Shown: positions 18,281 to 28,942 of the stretch, piece after piece
Layout: each line of letters opens with the position of its first letter
How positions within the stretch are numbered: the stretch's first letter is position 1
Source of the DNA: Bryobacterales bacterium
Lineage (GTDB): Bacteria; Acidobacteriota; Terriglobia; Bryobacterales; UBA6623
DNA length: 64,000 nt
Direction: 5' to 3'
NCBI GenBank assembly: GCA_965222095.1
Contig: CBDCTD010000002.1
Span: forward strand, 482,909 to 546,908
Made by a program: the position numbers and the translations under genes
Notes under the pieces: generated by a model
What the model was told of the DNA's origin: nothing
Seen by the model: the letters and a program-made list of their open reading frames with translations, nothing else
Database searches by the model: none

Positions 18281-19179
18281 TCCGCTGCCTCCGGTTTCGC
18301 TACGGGAGGTGTGGAGTGAGAGCTATCGTCCGTGGCGGACTCCGTCTTCGGCGCGGCCGGCGCCGCGAGCGAGGGGTCGTCACCTGCGGGGCCGGTAGGT
18401 GCCTCCTCTTCGCCCGCCGGCTCGTCGCTTTCAGATGGGGCTTTTTCCTCGGCTTTTTCGGTAAGTCGAAGGAAAGCGTCCTCGAGACTTCCCTCCGCGG
18501 CCATTTCACGCGGTGTCCCATCAAAAACGATGCGGCCTTCGTTGATCAAGATGACGTGGTCGGCCACGGCTTCGACTTCCTGCAGGATGTGAGTCGAGAT
18601 CAAGATCGTCTTGGTCTTGCCTAGCTCTCTTGTTAGTTCCCGAACGTCGCGGATTTGATTGGGATCGAGGCCGGCTGTCGGCTCGTCCATGATCAGGATG
18701 TCGGGCTCGTGCAACAGGACCTGCGCCATGCCGACGCGCTGGCGATAGCCTCGGGAGAGTTTGTGAATGCTCTTTTCGATGACCGCCTCGAGGCTGCACT
18801 GGCTAACTACAGCGTCGATCCGGCGCGTCAGGATGCCGTTCGTCAAGCCCCGAGCCTCGCCGAAAAAACTCAGCAGCTCTCGCGGCGTCATCTCGGGGTA
18901 GAGCGGGCCGTTTTCAGGCAGATAGCCCACCCGAGCCGCCGCTTCCACACGGTGGCCGGCGACGTCCATCCCCGCGATGCGGGCCGCCCCTTCACTCGGG
19001 ATCAAGTATCCTGTCAGGATCCGCAAAGTCGTCGACTTACCCGCCCCATTAGGTCCCAAAAAGGCGGCCACCTGTCCGCGAGGGACGGAGAAGGACACGT
19101 CGCGGATCGCGGCAAAGCTCCCATAAAACTTCGAGAGGCCCACAGCCTCGATCATGGCTCCGTCATGCGTCTCCGGCAT
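18277..19179 (-). CDS. ABC transporter ATP-binding protein (GldA-like)
   Basis: Has Walker A GPNGAGKST, the signature LSRGYRQR and Walker B ILIMDEPTAGLD. The C-terminal tail is acidic and Pro-rich. Confidence 0.92.
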   Translation of the reverse strand: MPETHDGAMIEAVGLSKFYGSFAAIRDVSFSVPRGQVAAFLGPNGAGKSTTLRILTGYLIPSEGAARIAGMDVAGHRVEAAARVGYLPENGPLYPEMTPRELLSFFGEARGLTNGILTRRIDAVVSQCSLEAVIEKSIHKLSRGYRQRVGMAQVLLHEPDILIMDEPTAGLDPNQIRDVRELTRELGKTKTILISTHILQEVEAVADHVILINEGRIVFDGTPREMAAEGSLEDAFLRLTEKAEEKAPSESDEPAGEEEAPTGPAGDDPSLAAPAAPKTESATDDSSHSTPPVAKPEAAE

Positions 19180-19642
19180 GGCTCTGCTTCTTAAAGCTTC
19201 GATCGTTGTGAATCTGCTTCCCGGTAGTGAAAGCAGTGTCGTGAAGTTGCTACCACCGAGAGGCCGATCGGCTCCTTCGGCTACGGCTTCCCCTCACTTT
19301 ACACGATCCGATGCGGGGCGCTCAAGGTTCAGATGGGTTCAGGAGTACGCCCCTCCGCATCTAGGAAGAAAGCTGCTTTTGGCACCTGCCCGGTGTCCAG
19401 CACTTCGGGCTCATCGCCCAAACGTTATAGGATGTCGGCAGGCGGGCTCGACACGTCGAGACATGCCGTGCCCGTGCTCCAAAGCCAAGGTATCTTGCGA
19501 GCGTCAATAAGCCGTGGCGTGCGTTGTTGTGGCGAACACGCCCACGTCTGCCGCGTAGACACTCGTGTCGACGACCGGTCCATAAACCGACACACGTCGA
19601 TCTGACATAATCCCTGGTGGAAGCAAGGAGGGCCAAGAAACT

Positions 19643-20911
19643 ATGAATCGCCGCTACTTTATTGGAACCACGGTCGCAGCCGGACTCACGGCAGCCAAAA
19701 AGACCGTTGCCGCCAGCGATAAGGTCAACGTGGGGCTGATCGGCCTCGGCGGTCGCGGCCGCGGACTAATGCAGGACTTCGCGGCTCTACCCGACGTCAA
19801 CGTCGCTTACCTCTGTGACGTTGACCAAGCCTCGCTCGAGAGAGCCACGGCCATCCTCGACCGAGAGGGCATCAAAAGGCCGCCGACGACCGGCGACATG
19901 CGCCGCATCTTCGACGACAAGAGTATCGACGCGGCCGTCGTCGCCACGCCCGACCACTGGCATGCTCCGTCCGCCATTCTCGGCTGCGAGGCCGGGAAGG
20001 ACATGTACGTGGAGAAGCCGTGTTCCCACAATATTCGCGAAGGGCGCCTGATCATCGACGCCGCCCGTTACCACAAGCGGATCGTTCAGCACGGCACACA
20101 GGCTCGCAGCCGCCCCTCCACGATCAGGGCGATCGAGTATTGCAAGTCGGGGAAGATCGGGCGGATTCTGGCCGCGAAAGCTTGGGACACGCAACTGCGT
20201 GACGACATCGGCCACAAAGAGGATGGTCCGGTTCCCGAAGGCGTCGACTACGACACCTGGCTCGGCCCGGCCCCCTGGATACCCTTCAACGAAAACCGCT
20301 TCCACTACAAATGGCACTGGCATTGGCACTTCGGCACGGGCGACGCCGGCAACGACGGCGTACACCAACTGGATATGGCACGCTGGGCGCTCGGTGCCAG
20401 CTACCCGCAAAGCATTTCGGGAATGGGCAAGAAGATTTTCTTCGACGACGATCAGCAAACCCCCGATACCATGAACGTCACTTTCGACTACGGCGGCAAG
20501 CTGCTGATTTGGGAGATGCGTATCTGGACGCCCTACATGATGCATGGCGCGGAGAACGCCGTAGCCGTCTACGGAACCGATGGCGAGGTGCATATAGGGC
20601 GCTGGAACCGGCGGCGGGGCTTCAAGGTGTTTGATTCCAAGGGCAACCAGGTTCACCACGACGACGAAAACGAACCCGACACTCACGCCCGCAATTTCAT
20701 CGACTGCGTCAAGTCGCGCAAGCTGCCCAACGCCGACATCGGCATCGGACACCTCTCCGCCATCCATGCCCACCTGGCGAACATCGTCGCCCGCGTCAAC
20801 CGCACTGTTCACTTCGACGCCGAAACCGAGAGCATCGTCGGCGACGACGAAGCAAACCTCTACGTCCGCCGCCGCTACCGCAGGCACTGGGCGACACCGA
20901 AGAGGTTGTGA
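19643..20911 (+). CDS. Gfo/Idh/MocA-family oxidoreductase with Tat signal
   Basis: Starts MNRRYFIGTTVAAGL (twin-Arg signal), followed by the Rossmann motif GLIGLGGRG and the EKP motif (YVEKP). Confidence 0.88.
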   Translation: MNRRYFIGTTVAAGLTAAKKTVAASDKVNVGLIGLGGRGRGLMQDFAALPDVNVAYLCDVDQASLERATAILDREGIKRPPTTGDMRRIFDDKSIDAAVVATPDHWHAPSAILGCEAGKDMYVEKPCSHNIREGRLIIDAARYHKRIVQHGTQARSRPSTIRAIEYCKSGKIGRILAAKAWDTQLRDDIGHKEDGPVPEGVDYDTWLGPAPWIPFNENRFHYKWHWHWHFGTGDAGNDGVHQLDMARWALGASYPQSISGMGKKIFFDDDQQTPDTMNVTFDYGGKLLIWEMRIWTPYMMHGAENAVAVYGTDGEVHIGRWNRRRGFKVFDSKGNQVHHDDENEPDTHARNFIDCVKSRKLPNADIGIGHLSAIHAHLANIVARVNRTVHFDAETESIVGDDEANLYVRRRYRRHWATPKRL

Positions 20912-21101
20912 GCGCGTTTAGGTCCAACGCGGTGCACGATACTTCCAGCTCAGCCCGAATACCCAGACGGCGAAGGAGTGGGATGTTAGCTGAGAAGCTC
21001 CCGAACTTTGCATTCCAGCGAGCACCCCAGCTATGGTAAGGTGCCGCAGCGCAACAAGCGGCAATTGAAAGGCGCCGAGATTGTCTATTGGAGGTGGCCC
21101 T

Positions 21102-21572
21102 ATGGATCCTCTAGCAATTTTTGGTCTGCAGCTTGTCCTGAGCGTCATTGTGTACGCTCTCATCGCGAAGTGGTACGTGACGCCATGGCTAGCAGAGAAA
21201 CCAATCCACCAGGCATTCATCCCACTGATCATCCCCCATGCATTTCGGCATATAGGATTGACGTTTTTCGTCCCAGGGGTGGTTGCCCAACCTCTGCCGA
21301 GCTTCTTTGCCGACACGGCTGCCTACGGGGACCTTATCAGCGCCCTGCTTGCACTACTATCTTTGGTGGCTCTTCGAGGAGGTTGGGGCCTGGCGCTGCC
21401 GTTTGTCTGGCTCTTCAACACTGTCGGCACGGTGGACCTTCTAAATGCCCTGCGCCACGCGGATGCTGTACCGAATTTGGGGGCGACTTGGTACATTCCG
21501 ACATTCTTGGTGCCACTCCTGCTGGTGACTCACTTCATGATTTTTGCCCGGCTGCTCAGGCGAGGGCGCTGA
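21102..21572 (+). CDS. hypothetical integral membrane protein
   Basis: Four or five hydrophobic spans. The ATG at 21102 is preceded by GGAGGTGG, whereas the ORF-track start at 21081 is TTG. Confidence 0.5.
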   Translation: MDPLAIFGLQLVLSVIVYALIAKWYVTPWLAEKPIHQAFIPLIIPHAFRHIGLTFFVPGVVAQPLPSFFADTAAYGDLISALLALLSLVALRGGWGLALPFVWLFNTVGTVDLLNALRHADAVPNLGATWYIPTFLVPLLLVTHFMIFARLLRRGR

Positions 21573-21655
21573 GGTGACCTCTCGCAAAGCAAGGTAGAAT
21601 CATCAGCGGACAAGCTTTGGTGAAGCTCGGTGTAACAAGTGTTGCTTTTGGCCAG

Positions 21656-21841
21656 GTACATCATTTCGCAAAATACGTTACGCAAGGTGGCCGACCGCGG
21701 ACGCGATAAATCGCGCCCCTACTGGTGAGCTTGGGCATCTCGCGTTCGAATGTAGGGGCGCAATTCATTGCGCCCGAGCCGATGAGCTGCAATACCTTGA
21801 CAAGCTGATTGATACGTAACTGTATTTGCGAAATGATGTAC
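21656..21841. mobile_element. 186-bp palindromic MITE-like element (type 2)
   Basis: The ~26-nt terminal inverted repeats are GTACATCATTTCGCAAAATACGTTACG (left) and CGTAACTGTATTTGCGAAATGATGTAC (right). Each arm carries one copy of the GC hairpin core that also occurs in the 195-bp elements: GACGCGATAAATCGCGCCCCTAC at 21700..21722, and the inverted GTAGGGGCGCAATTCATTGCGCCC at 21752..21775. Confidence 0.6.
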
Positions 21842-21913
21842 TTAGTGCAGGAGATGGGACCCTTCCGATCGGCTTCCGGGACCGCTTCGAAGGGTTCCGG
21901 GGAGGCATACACA

Positions 21914-22660
21914 ATGCCACTAACCACACCGCGCTTTCGGAAGTTCACTACGTTGACCGGCTTCCTCCTCCTGGCGGCAGGATGGACCATCGCCTTTGCA
22001 CAACCCGGTAGCAAGCCTGCCATGTCCGACAAGCCGCCCATGACCAAGGAGGCGGCTCCCGACGAGCAGGAACCTGCGGAGCAGATGTTTTCGCTCACGG
22101 TGCCTGTGCGGCCCGGGGTGGATCGTTGCGTTGTCTGCCTCAAGCTGCTGGCGGTGGGCGACAAAGTCTACTTGGTCGAGGGCCAGCGTGTAGGCGTCAA
22201 GGGCATGATGGAAGACCAATTGTTCACCGACCCCTTGAAGTACATCGCCAGTCTGAAGCCGCGCGGCGGGCTGTTCGGAGGCGAGATGGCGCCCGGCAGC
22301 GGCATCTCAGACGTCTGGCTGTTGCTGGGCATGTACGTTTTGCTTGGCTTGGCGTTTTCCGCCGTCTGCGCCCATCGGGCACTGAACACCGGACAAACTA
22401 CTGTCTTTTGGTTTTTCGTAGGCTTGTTCTTCAATGCCTTCGGCTACCTGGCGTTGCTTCTCCGCTCCGCTGATCAGAAGGCGGCGGCGCCCGCGAAGTA
22501 TTCCGGGGTCGTGAAAATCCCCTCGACGGCCGAGCCCCAAAGCTGCCCGGCTTGTAACGCGTTGAATCACCCTTCCGCCGCTAAATGCTCCAGCTGCGGA
22601 TCCCTTCTAACACCCGCGTCGGTTTCGGAAGTAACTCGAGCGGGCACTGGCTCGAGGTAA
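21914..22660 (+). CDS. secreted/membrane protein with C-terminal zinc-ribbon (hypothetical)
   Basis: The ATG at 21914 is preceded by GGAGG and encodes a signal peptide (FLLLAAGWTIAFA). Two TM spans follow, and the C-terminus carries CPAC...CSSC. The ORF-track N-terminal 35 aa lie inside the palindromic element. Confidence 0.5.
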   Translation: MPLTTPRFRKFTTLTGFLLLAAGWTIAFAQPGSKPAMSDKPPMTKEAAPDEQEPAEQMFSLTVPVRPGVDRCVVCLKLLAVGDKVYLVEGQRVGVKGMMEDQLFTDPLKYIASLKPRGGLFGGEMAPGSGISDVWLLLGMYVLLGLAFSAVCAHRALNTGQTTVFWFFVGLFFNAFGYLALLLRSADQKAAAPAKYSGVVKIPSTAEPQSCPACNALNHPSAAKCSSCGSLLTPASVSEVTRAGTGSR

Positions 22661-22672
22661 ATTCCTAGGTCC

Positions 22673-24946
22673 ATGCTAGCTAAGGCAAGAGCTTTCATCG
22701 ACGGGATCATCTCCAGCCCGAACATGGTCCAGCGCCGACCGGCGGTCAACGCCGACCGCGAGAGTAACATTCGAGGTCTCTACATCATTGGGGATCTGGC
22801 GGGTGCTCCGGTCATTAAGCTGGCGATGGCTCAGGGCTACGAAATCATCGAACACATCTCTCGGAAGCCCGACGCCGTCAGCAACGACCCCAACATGTAC
22901 GACGTTCTGATCGTCGGCGCGGGGGCAGCCGGATTGAATGCCGCCCTAGCGGCGCAGGAGAGGGGCATGCGGCTTGTGGTCCTCGAGAAGGAGAAGATCG
23001 CCAATACGATCGAGAACTTTCCCGAGGGCAAATGGGTGTACGCCGAGCCGGATCAAACCCTTCCAAAAGGCAAGCTTTGGCTCGATGGCGCGCGGAAGGA
23101 AGACCTCGTCAAGCGTTGGAACGATATCAAGGAAGAAAACAACCTCGATATCCGCACCAGCGAAGGGTTGAAAGCGCTCGAGCGCCGCAAGGACGGCAGC
23201 TTCATCGCGCGCACGGACAAGGGCGAATACCGCACTCGGCGAATCATCCTGGCGACGGGCCAGCGCGGCAACCCCCGCAAGCTAAACGTCCCTGGGGAAG
23301 ACCGCGAGCAAGTCTACCACCGGCTCTACAGCCCCAAGCACTACAAAGGGGAAGACATCCTCGTCATCGGCGGTGGCAACAGCGCCGTAGAAGCTGCTTT
23401 GACACTTTCGGAGGAAAACCGCGTCAAGCTGATCCACCGTCGCGACAGCTTGGGCTTGGTCTTTCAGGACAATAAACGCAAGCTCGACGACGCCGTTGCT
23501 CAAGGCCGCGTCGAAATCGTTTGGAACGCCGGCGTCGCTGAATTCGGCGAAGCCGAGGCCGCGGTCAAAGTGAAAGGAGAGAACGAACCGCGGCGGTTAC
23601 CCTACCAGCATGCGTTTGTCCTCGCCGGGGCGGAGTTGCCCTCGCGGTTCCTCAAATCACTGGGTATTCGGCTCGAAAACGAGTGGACCGGGAACCCGAT
23701 TCAGTCTTTGCTTTTCGTGCTGGCTACCCTGGTGGGTCTGTGGTTCGGAGGAGACCAGACCGGGTCGTCCGTACCTCCCGTCGCCGGATGGGGGCTCGCG
23801 GTAGCCTCCCTGGGCGGCCTTCTCTTCACGGCAATCAAGGGGTCGCGCTGGTCGTTGCTGGGTGTTACTTTCCTGATTTCCTATACCGTGTACGGCGCAA
23901 AACTAGGCCACGGCCTCGAACTCTGGCCTTACCGCAACTGGGGTTTCCACGCTCTGTCGCTCTTCGACCGTCCCTGGTCGTTTTGGTACACGGTGCTCTA
24001 CACGCTGGTGATGACGTTCTTTGGCCTGCAGGCGCTCAAGCGTTGGGGCATCGACCGCAAGGACAAGTTTCAGATCTGGCGTTACGCGAGCTTACTGTCA
24101 TTCCAGTGGATTTTCTTCTTCCTCATTCCGGAATTCCTGTTCAAGTGGGCGACCGAGTATCGCTGGGTCGGCGAGCGGCTGGCATCCGATCCGAGCTTCA
24201 CCGAGCAGGCTTGGCGTGCTTACGGAGCAGTCTACGCTTGGCCGCTTTTCTTCTACACCTTTTTCTACGATCCACATCAGGTGTGGATCGCCTGGGGCGT
24301 CATCCTGAGCTTCGTCGTGATCCCGCTGTTTGTCATCTTCCATGGAAAGCGCTACTGCTCATGGATCTGCGGCTGCGGCGGCTTGGCCGAAACGCTAGGG
24401 GACCGCTGGCGTCACTTGGCTCCCAAAGGCCCCACCTCCCGCAAATGGGAGTGGATGAACTGGGTGGTGCTGGGATCGGCTGTTGTTGTGACGGTGATGA
24501 TGTTGTTGCGGGATACCTACGCTGTCTTGTACGGGCCGGCAGGTGACGGTGTCGAACTTTATCATTTGTTCGCGGATGTTTGGTTGGTCGGGATCATTCC
24601 TGTCACCCTGTACCCCTTCATGGGGGGCAAGGTTTGGTGCCGCTACTGGTGCCCGCTGGCGAAAATGATGGACGCGTTCAGCAAGCTATATAACAAGCTT
24701 AAGATCAACCGATTTCATATCATCTCCAACGATAAATGCATCGGCTGCACTGAGTGCACCCGCAACTGCCAGGTCGGCATCGACGTCATGAGCTTCGCCA
24801 TCAAACAAGAGACGCTCGACAACTCCAACAGCTCTTGCATCGGCTGCGGAATCTGCGTCTCCGTCTGCCCCATGGACGTTCTCTCGTTCAGCGCAAAACC
24901 ACCCGAAAAAGGATTAGTCCAGATCGAGACCCCGAAGGCAGCGTAG
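22673..24946 (+). CDS. FAD/NAD(P)-dependent oxidoreductase fused to a multi-span membrane polyferredoxin
   Basis: Has the dinucleotide motifs VGAGAAG and IGGGNSAVEAA, several TM spans, a CSWICGCGG motif, and two 4Fe-4S motifs (CIGCTECTRNC and CIGCGICVSVCP). A 12-nt gap to the upstream gene suggests an operon. Confidence 0.8.
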   Translation: MLAKARAFIDGIISSPNMVQRRPAVNADRESNIRGLYIIGDLAGAPVIKLAMAQGYEIIEHISRKPDAVSNDPNMYDVLIVGAGAAGLNAALAAQERGMRLVVLEKEKIANTIENFPEGKWVYAEPDQTLPKGKLWLDGARKEDLVKRWNDIKEENNLDIRTSEGLKALERRKDGSFIARTDKGEYRTRRIILATGQRGNPRKLNVPGEDREQVYHRLYSPKHYKGEDILVIGGGNSAVEAALTLSEENRVKLIHRRDSLGLVFQDNKRKLDDAVAQGRVEIVWNAGVAEFGEAEAAVKVKGENEPRRLPYQHAFVLAGAELPSRFLKSLGIRLENEWTGNPIQSLLFVLATLVGLWFGGDQTGSSVPPVAGWGLAVASLGGLLFTAIKGSRWSLLGVTFLISYTVYGAKLGHGLELWPYRNWGFHALSLFDRPWSFWYTVLYTLVMTFFGLQALKRWGIDRKDKFQIWRYASLLSFQWIFFFLIPEFLFKWATEYRWVGERLASDPSFTEQAWRAYGAVYAWPLFFYTFFYDPHQVWIAWGVILSFVVIPLFVIFHGKRYCSWICGCGGLAETLGDRWRHLAPKGPTSRKWEWMNWVVLGSAVVVTVMMLLRDTYAVLYGPAGDGVELYHLFADVWLVGIIPVTLYPFMGGKVWCRYWCPLAKMMDAFSKLYNKLKINRFHIISNDKCIGCTECTRNCQVGIDVMSFAIKQETLDNSNSSCIGCGICVSVCPMDVLSFSAKPPEKGLVQIETPKAA

Positions 24947-25106
24947 ATGTTCCTCGAACGAAGTCCGTAGCTCAGGGCGAGGCGTCGTTCCCGGGGCCTG
25001 CGGCCGTTTTGTGTACGTTTTCCGGGCAACCGCTCCCAGATCTCAAGAGGCTTCCTGTACGGCGAAAACCAGCGATTCTCTTCGAAAGCTGGGTGCGTTG
25101 TGACGC

Positions 25107-25146
25107 AAAAAGGGCCGGCCCCTCGGTTGCCCGAAAACGCCGGCCC
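25107..25146 (-). terminator. intrinsic terminator downstream of groEL
   Basis: On the minus strand the stem is GGGCCGGC...(inner TCGG/CCGA pairing)...GCCGGCCC, followed by TTTTT. It lies 50 nt after the groL stop. Confidence 0.6.
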
Positions 25147-25195
25147 AATCTGAGATTACTTGCGCGAGCCGAAGCTCACAGCTGCGTGGTTGAGG

Positions 25196-27162
<1,967 letters not shown>

Positions 27163-27311
27163 GTGTCACTGCCTCCTTAAAGATACCTTCGATTAAGAAT
27201 AAAACTAGGGTGAAAGCCCAACGCGGGCCGAGGCTGGGCTGGTAGCGATTGACTCTTTGGTTAAGGGTAGCGAGATAGTCCCACGGCTGTCAAGAAACGG
27301 CGCCAAGTTGC

Positions 27312-27341
27312 TTAAAACAATTGTGTAGTTACTTGTTTTAA
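27312..27341. promoter_or_regulatory. 9-bp inverted repeat TTAAAACAA-N12-TTGTTTTAA upstream of groES
   Basis: Read directly; it lies about 150-180 nt upstream of the groES ATG. A TTGACA hexamer on the minus strand (27288..27293) lies between it and the gene. Confidence 0.3.
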
Positions 27342-27506
27342 TCAAGCAGCTCGCAGCTTGTTGCCGAGATGGAGATACGGGGCGTCCTTCGACTCCGGTG
27401 GGAAGTGCGAACTACGGCCTTGACCTTAGCGGCGATGTGTCTGAGCTGATCCCGAATCAGCGATTTAGCGAATTCGCTCCTTGGCCCACTCTACACCAGC
27501 TCGACG

Positions 27507-27833
27507 TCAGCCGCGCGGGTCATCCTCTGCTATGCCGGACAGCACAACCGGCGCGCGGTCGGGGAACTGGGCCACCAGCGACAGGTTTCCGCCCATTGCC
27601 TCTACCGTCTTACGGAGCGTGGACAGCAGGAGATCGCTGCGCTTCTCAAGCCGCGAGATGCTGTCCTGGGTGACCCCGAGCTTTTTGGCCATGCGGACCT
27701 GCGTGAGCTTGCGGGCGTGCCGCAGTTCACGCAAGGTCATCTCCTCGGCAATCAGCTCAGCGGCGCGGGCCTCGACCTTCTTGCGCTGGGCGGGGCTCAG
27801 CTTCTTGATGATGTCGTCTACGTTCACAGCCAT
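27507..27833 (-). CDS. XRE-family HTH antitoxin
   Basis: Has the HTH core LRELRHARKLTQVRMAKKLGVTQDSISRLE. It sits 2 nt downstream of the toxin gene. Confidence 0.8.
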   Translation of the reverse strand: MAVNVDDIIKKLSPAQRKKVEARAAELIAEEMTLRELRHARKLTQVRMAKKLGVTQDSISRLEKRSDLLLSTLRKTVEAMGGNLSLVAQFPDRAPVVLSGIAEDDPRG

Positions 27834-27835
27834 GA

Positions 27836-28198
27836 TTACTTCCCTTCCTTCTTCAGGCGGGCTAGATGCGCGTCGAAACGGTCATCGGCCTTGCGGATCA
27901 GCCCGCGGTAGAACCGCTTTTCGCTGCCCCCCGATTTATCCCCTGCAACGAGCAGGATTGCCTTGCGCTTCGCGTCGAAGGCGAAGGCTACTCTCCACTC
28001 GCCGTCAGCCGCACTGAACCGTAGCTCCTTCATGTTCGCGTGGCGTGAGTCGTTCAGCGTGTCAACGCGAGGTCGCCCCAATTGCGGCCCGAACTGCTGC
28101 AGAAGGCGCGTCAACGCAAGAATCTCGGTTCGTACTTCCTCGTGCAGATCGAAGAACTCTGGTTTGAACTCATCGTCAAACTCAACAACCCAGCTCAC
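27836..28198 (-). CDS. RelE/ParE-superfamily toxin (Gp49/HigB-like, toxin-first operon)
   Basis: Contains MKELRFSAADGEWRVAFAFDAKRKAILLVAGDKSG....FY..LI..AD..F..HL, typical of Gp49-like addiction-module killers. Confidence 0.72.
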   Translation of the reverse strand: MSWVVEFDDEFKPEFFDLHEEVRTEILALTRLLQQFGPQLGRPRVDTLNDSRHANMKELRFSAADGEWRVAFAFDAKRKAILLVAGDKSGGSEKRFYRGLIRKADDRFDAHLARLKKEGK

Positions 28199-28204
28199 CT
28201 TTTT

Positions 28205-28239
28205 GTACTATGACATCAACTACATATGATGTCAAGTAC
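28205..28239. promoter_or_regulatory. near-perfect 13/14-bp inverted repeat (GTACTATGACATCA ... TGATGTCAAGTAC), candidate TA operator
   Basis: Read directly. It starts 7 nt upstream of the toxin start codon in an AT-rich patch. Confidence 0.45.
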
Positions 28240-28478
28240 ATGTCCTGACTTGGGAGAAGGCCCGCCTCAGGCCTAATTCTCTCCGTGCGCTGCCGCCGCC
28301 GGCAGAGACGGGCTCGCGGCTTCTAGATCACCGCGGCACCCACACCCGGCGCGGCTTTTTCAGGAAGGAACGAAATCTGATTTGGGCATTGTTGACCCCG
28401 GGAATCCGCACGCAGGGCTCTCTTCGAGGGCTGTTGGCATTCGGCAAGTACTTCCCCCTCGTGTTGAAACGCAGCTCG

Positions 28479-28781
28479 TCACGGCAATACACCAGCCGGC
28501 TCTCTCCGTTGAGGAATGCGCTTGATCTGTGAGCCGCGTTGTTCGTGGACCAAGTCGAGATCGTAGGCCGTCTGCAAGTTCATCCAAAACTCCGCGGATG
28601 TGCCAAAGTATCGTCCCAGCCGGAGTGCGCTGTCCGCGGTAAGGTTACGCTTCCCAGCTAGGATCTGGTAAATCCAGTTGGGGGGCACGCCTATGATCTC
28701 CGCCAGCTCACGCGCTGATATCTCAATCTCCCCGATCTCGTCTGCCAGAATTTCGCCCGGATGGATAAGTGTACGTGCCAT
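28479..28781 (-). CDS. higA: HigA-family (VapI-type) antitoxin
   Basis: Contains HPGEILADE...ISARELAE.IGVP.N.I.QI..GKR.LTADSALRLG.YFGTSAEFWMNLQ..YDL. Confidence 0.87.
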   Translation of the reverse strand: MARTLIHPGEILADEIGEIEISARELAEIIGVPPNWIYQILAGKRNLTADSALRLGRYFGTSAEFWMNLQTAYDLDLVHEQRGSQIKRIPQRREPAGVLP

Positions 28782-28801
28782 AGGTTATTCTTTCTCTCCT
28801 G

Positions 28802-28900
28802 TTAGTGGTAGTCGACAATTTCCACGCTTTGGGGGTCAGGGCCACGCACCACGCGATTGATGGAACGCAAGCACAAAACTGGCCACCGCTACAAGGTGTC
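28802..28900 (-). pseudogene. higB: higB toxin remnant (3' end only, with in-frame stop and deletions)
   Basis: The minus-strand frame ends ...SINRVVRGPDPQSVEIVDYH-stop. This is the characteristic ...VEIVDYH tail of HigB killer proteins, 20 nt upstream of higA with an AGGAGA SD between them. Only about 140 nt are available before the moeZ stop. Confidence 0.45.
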
Positions 28901-28942
28901 CAGGCTGTGATCAGCCGGCCAACGGGCTGCGGTCGATACCAA

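Noticed and set aside
19378-19400. Sigma-54 promoter (TGGCAC) upstream of the Tat oxidoreductase gene
   Set aside because: TGGCAC is present, but the required TTGC(A/T) at the -12 position is replaced by CGGTG.
19787-20887. 366-aa ORF antisense to the Gfo/Idh/MocA oxidoreductase. Similar long antisense ORFs occur at 29075..29992, 43103..43906, 25628..26230 and 32660..33337.
   Set aside because: Each lies opposite a gene with unmistakable family motifs and has a repetitive Arg/Gly/Val/Asp-rich translation. These are the expected stop-poor antisense frames of a high-GC genome.
27163-27506. CIRCE (HrcA) or HAIR (HspR) operator upstream of groES
   Set aside because: There is no TTAGCACTC-N9-GAGTGCTAA and no CTTGAGT-N7-ACTCAAG on either strand. 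Only the unrelated TTAAAACAA dyad is present, and that is reported as a finding.
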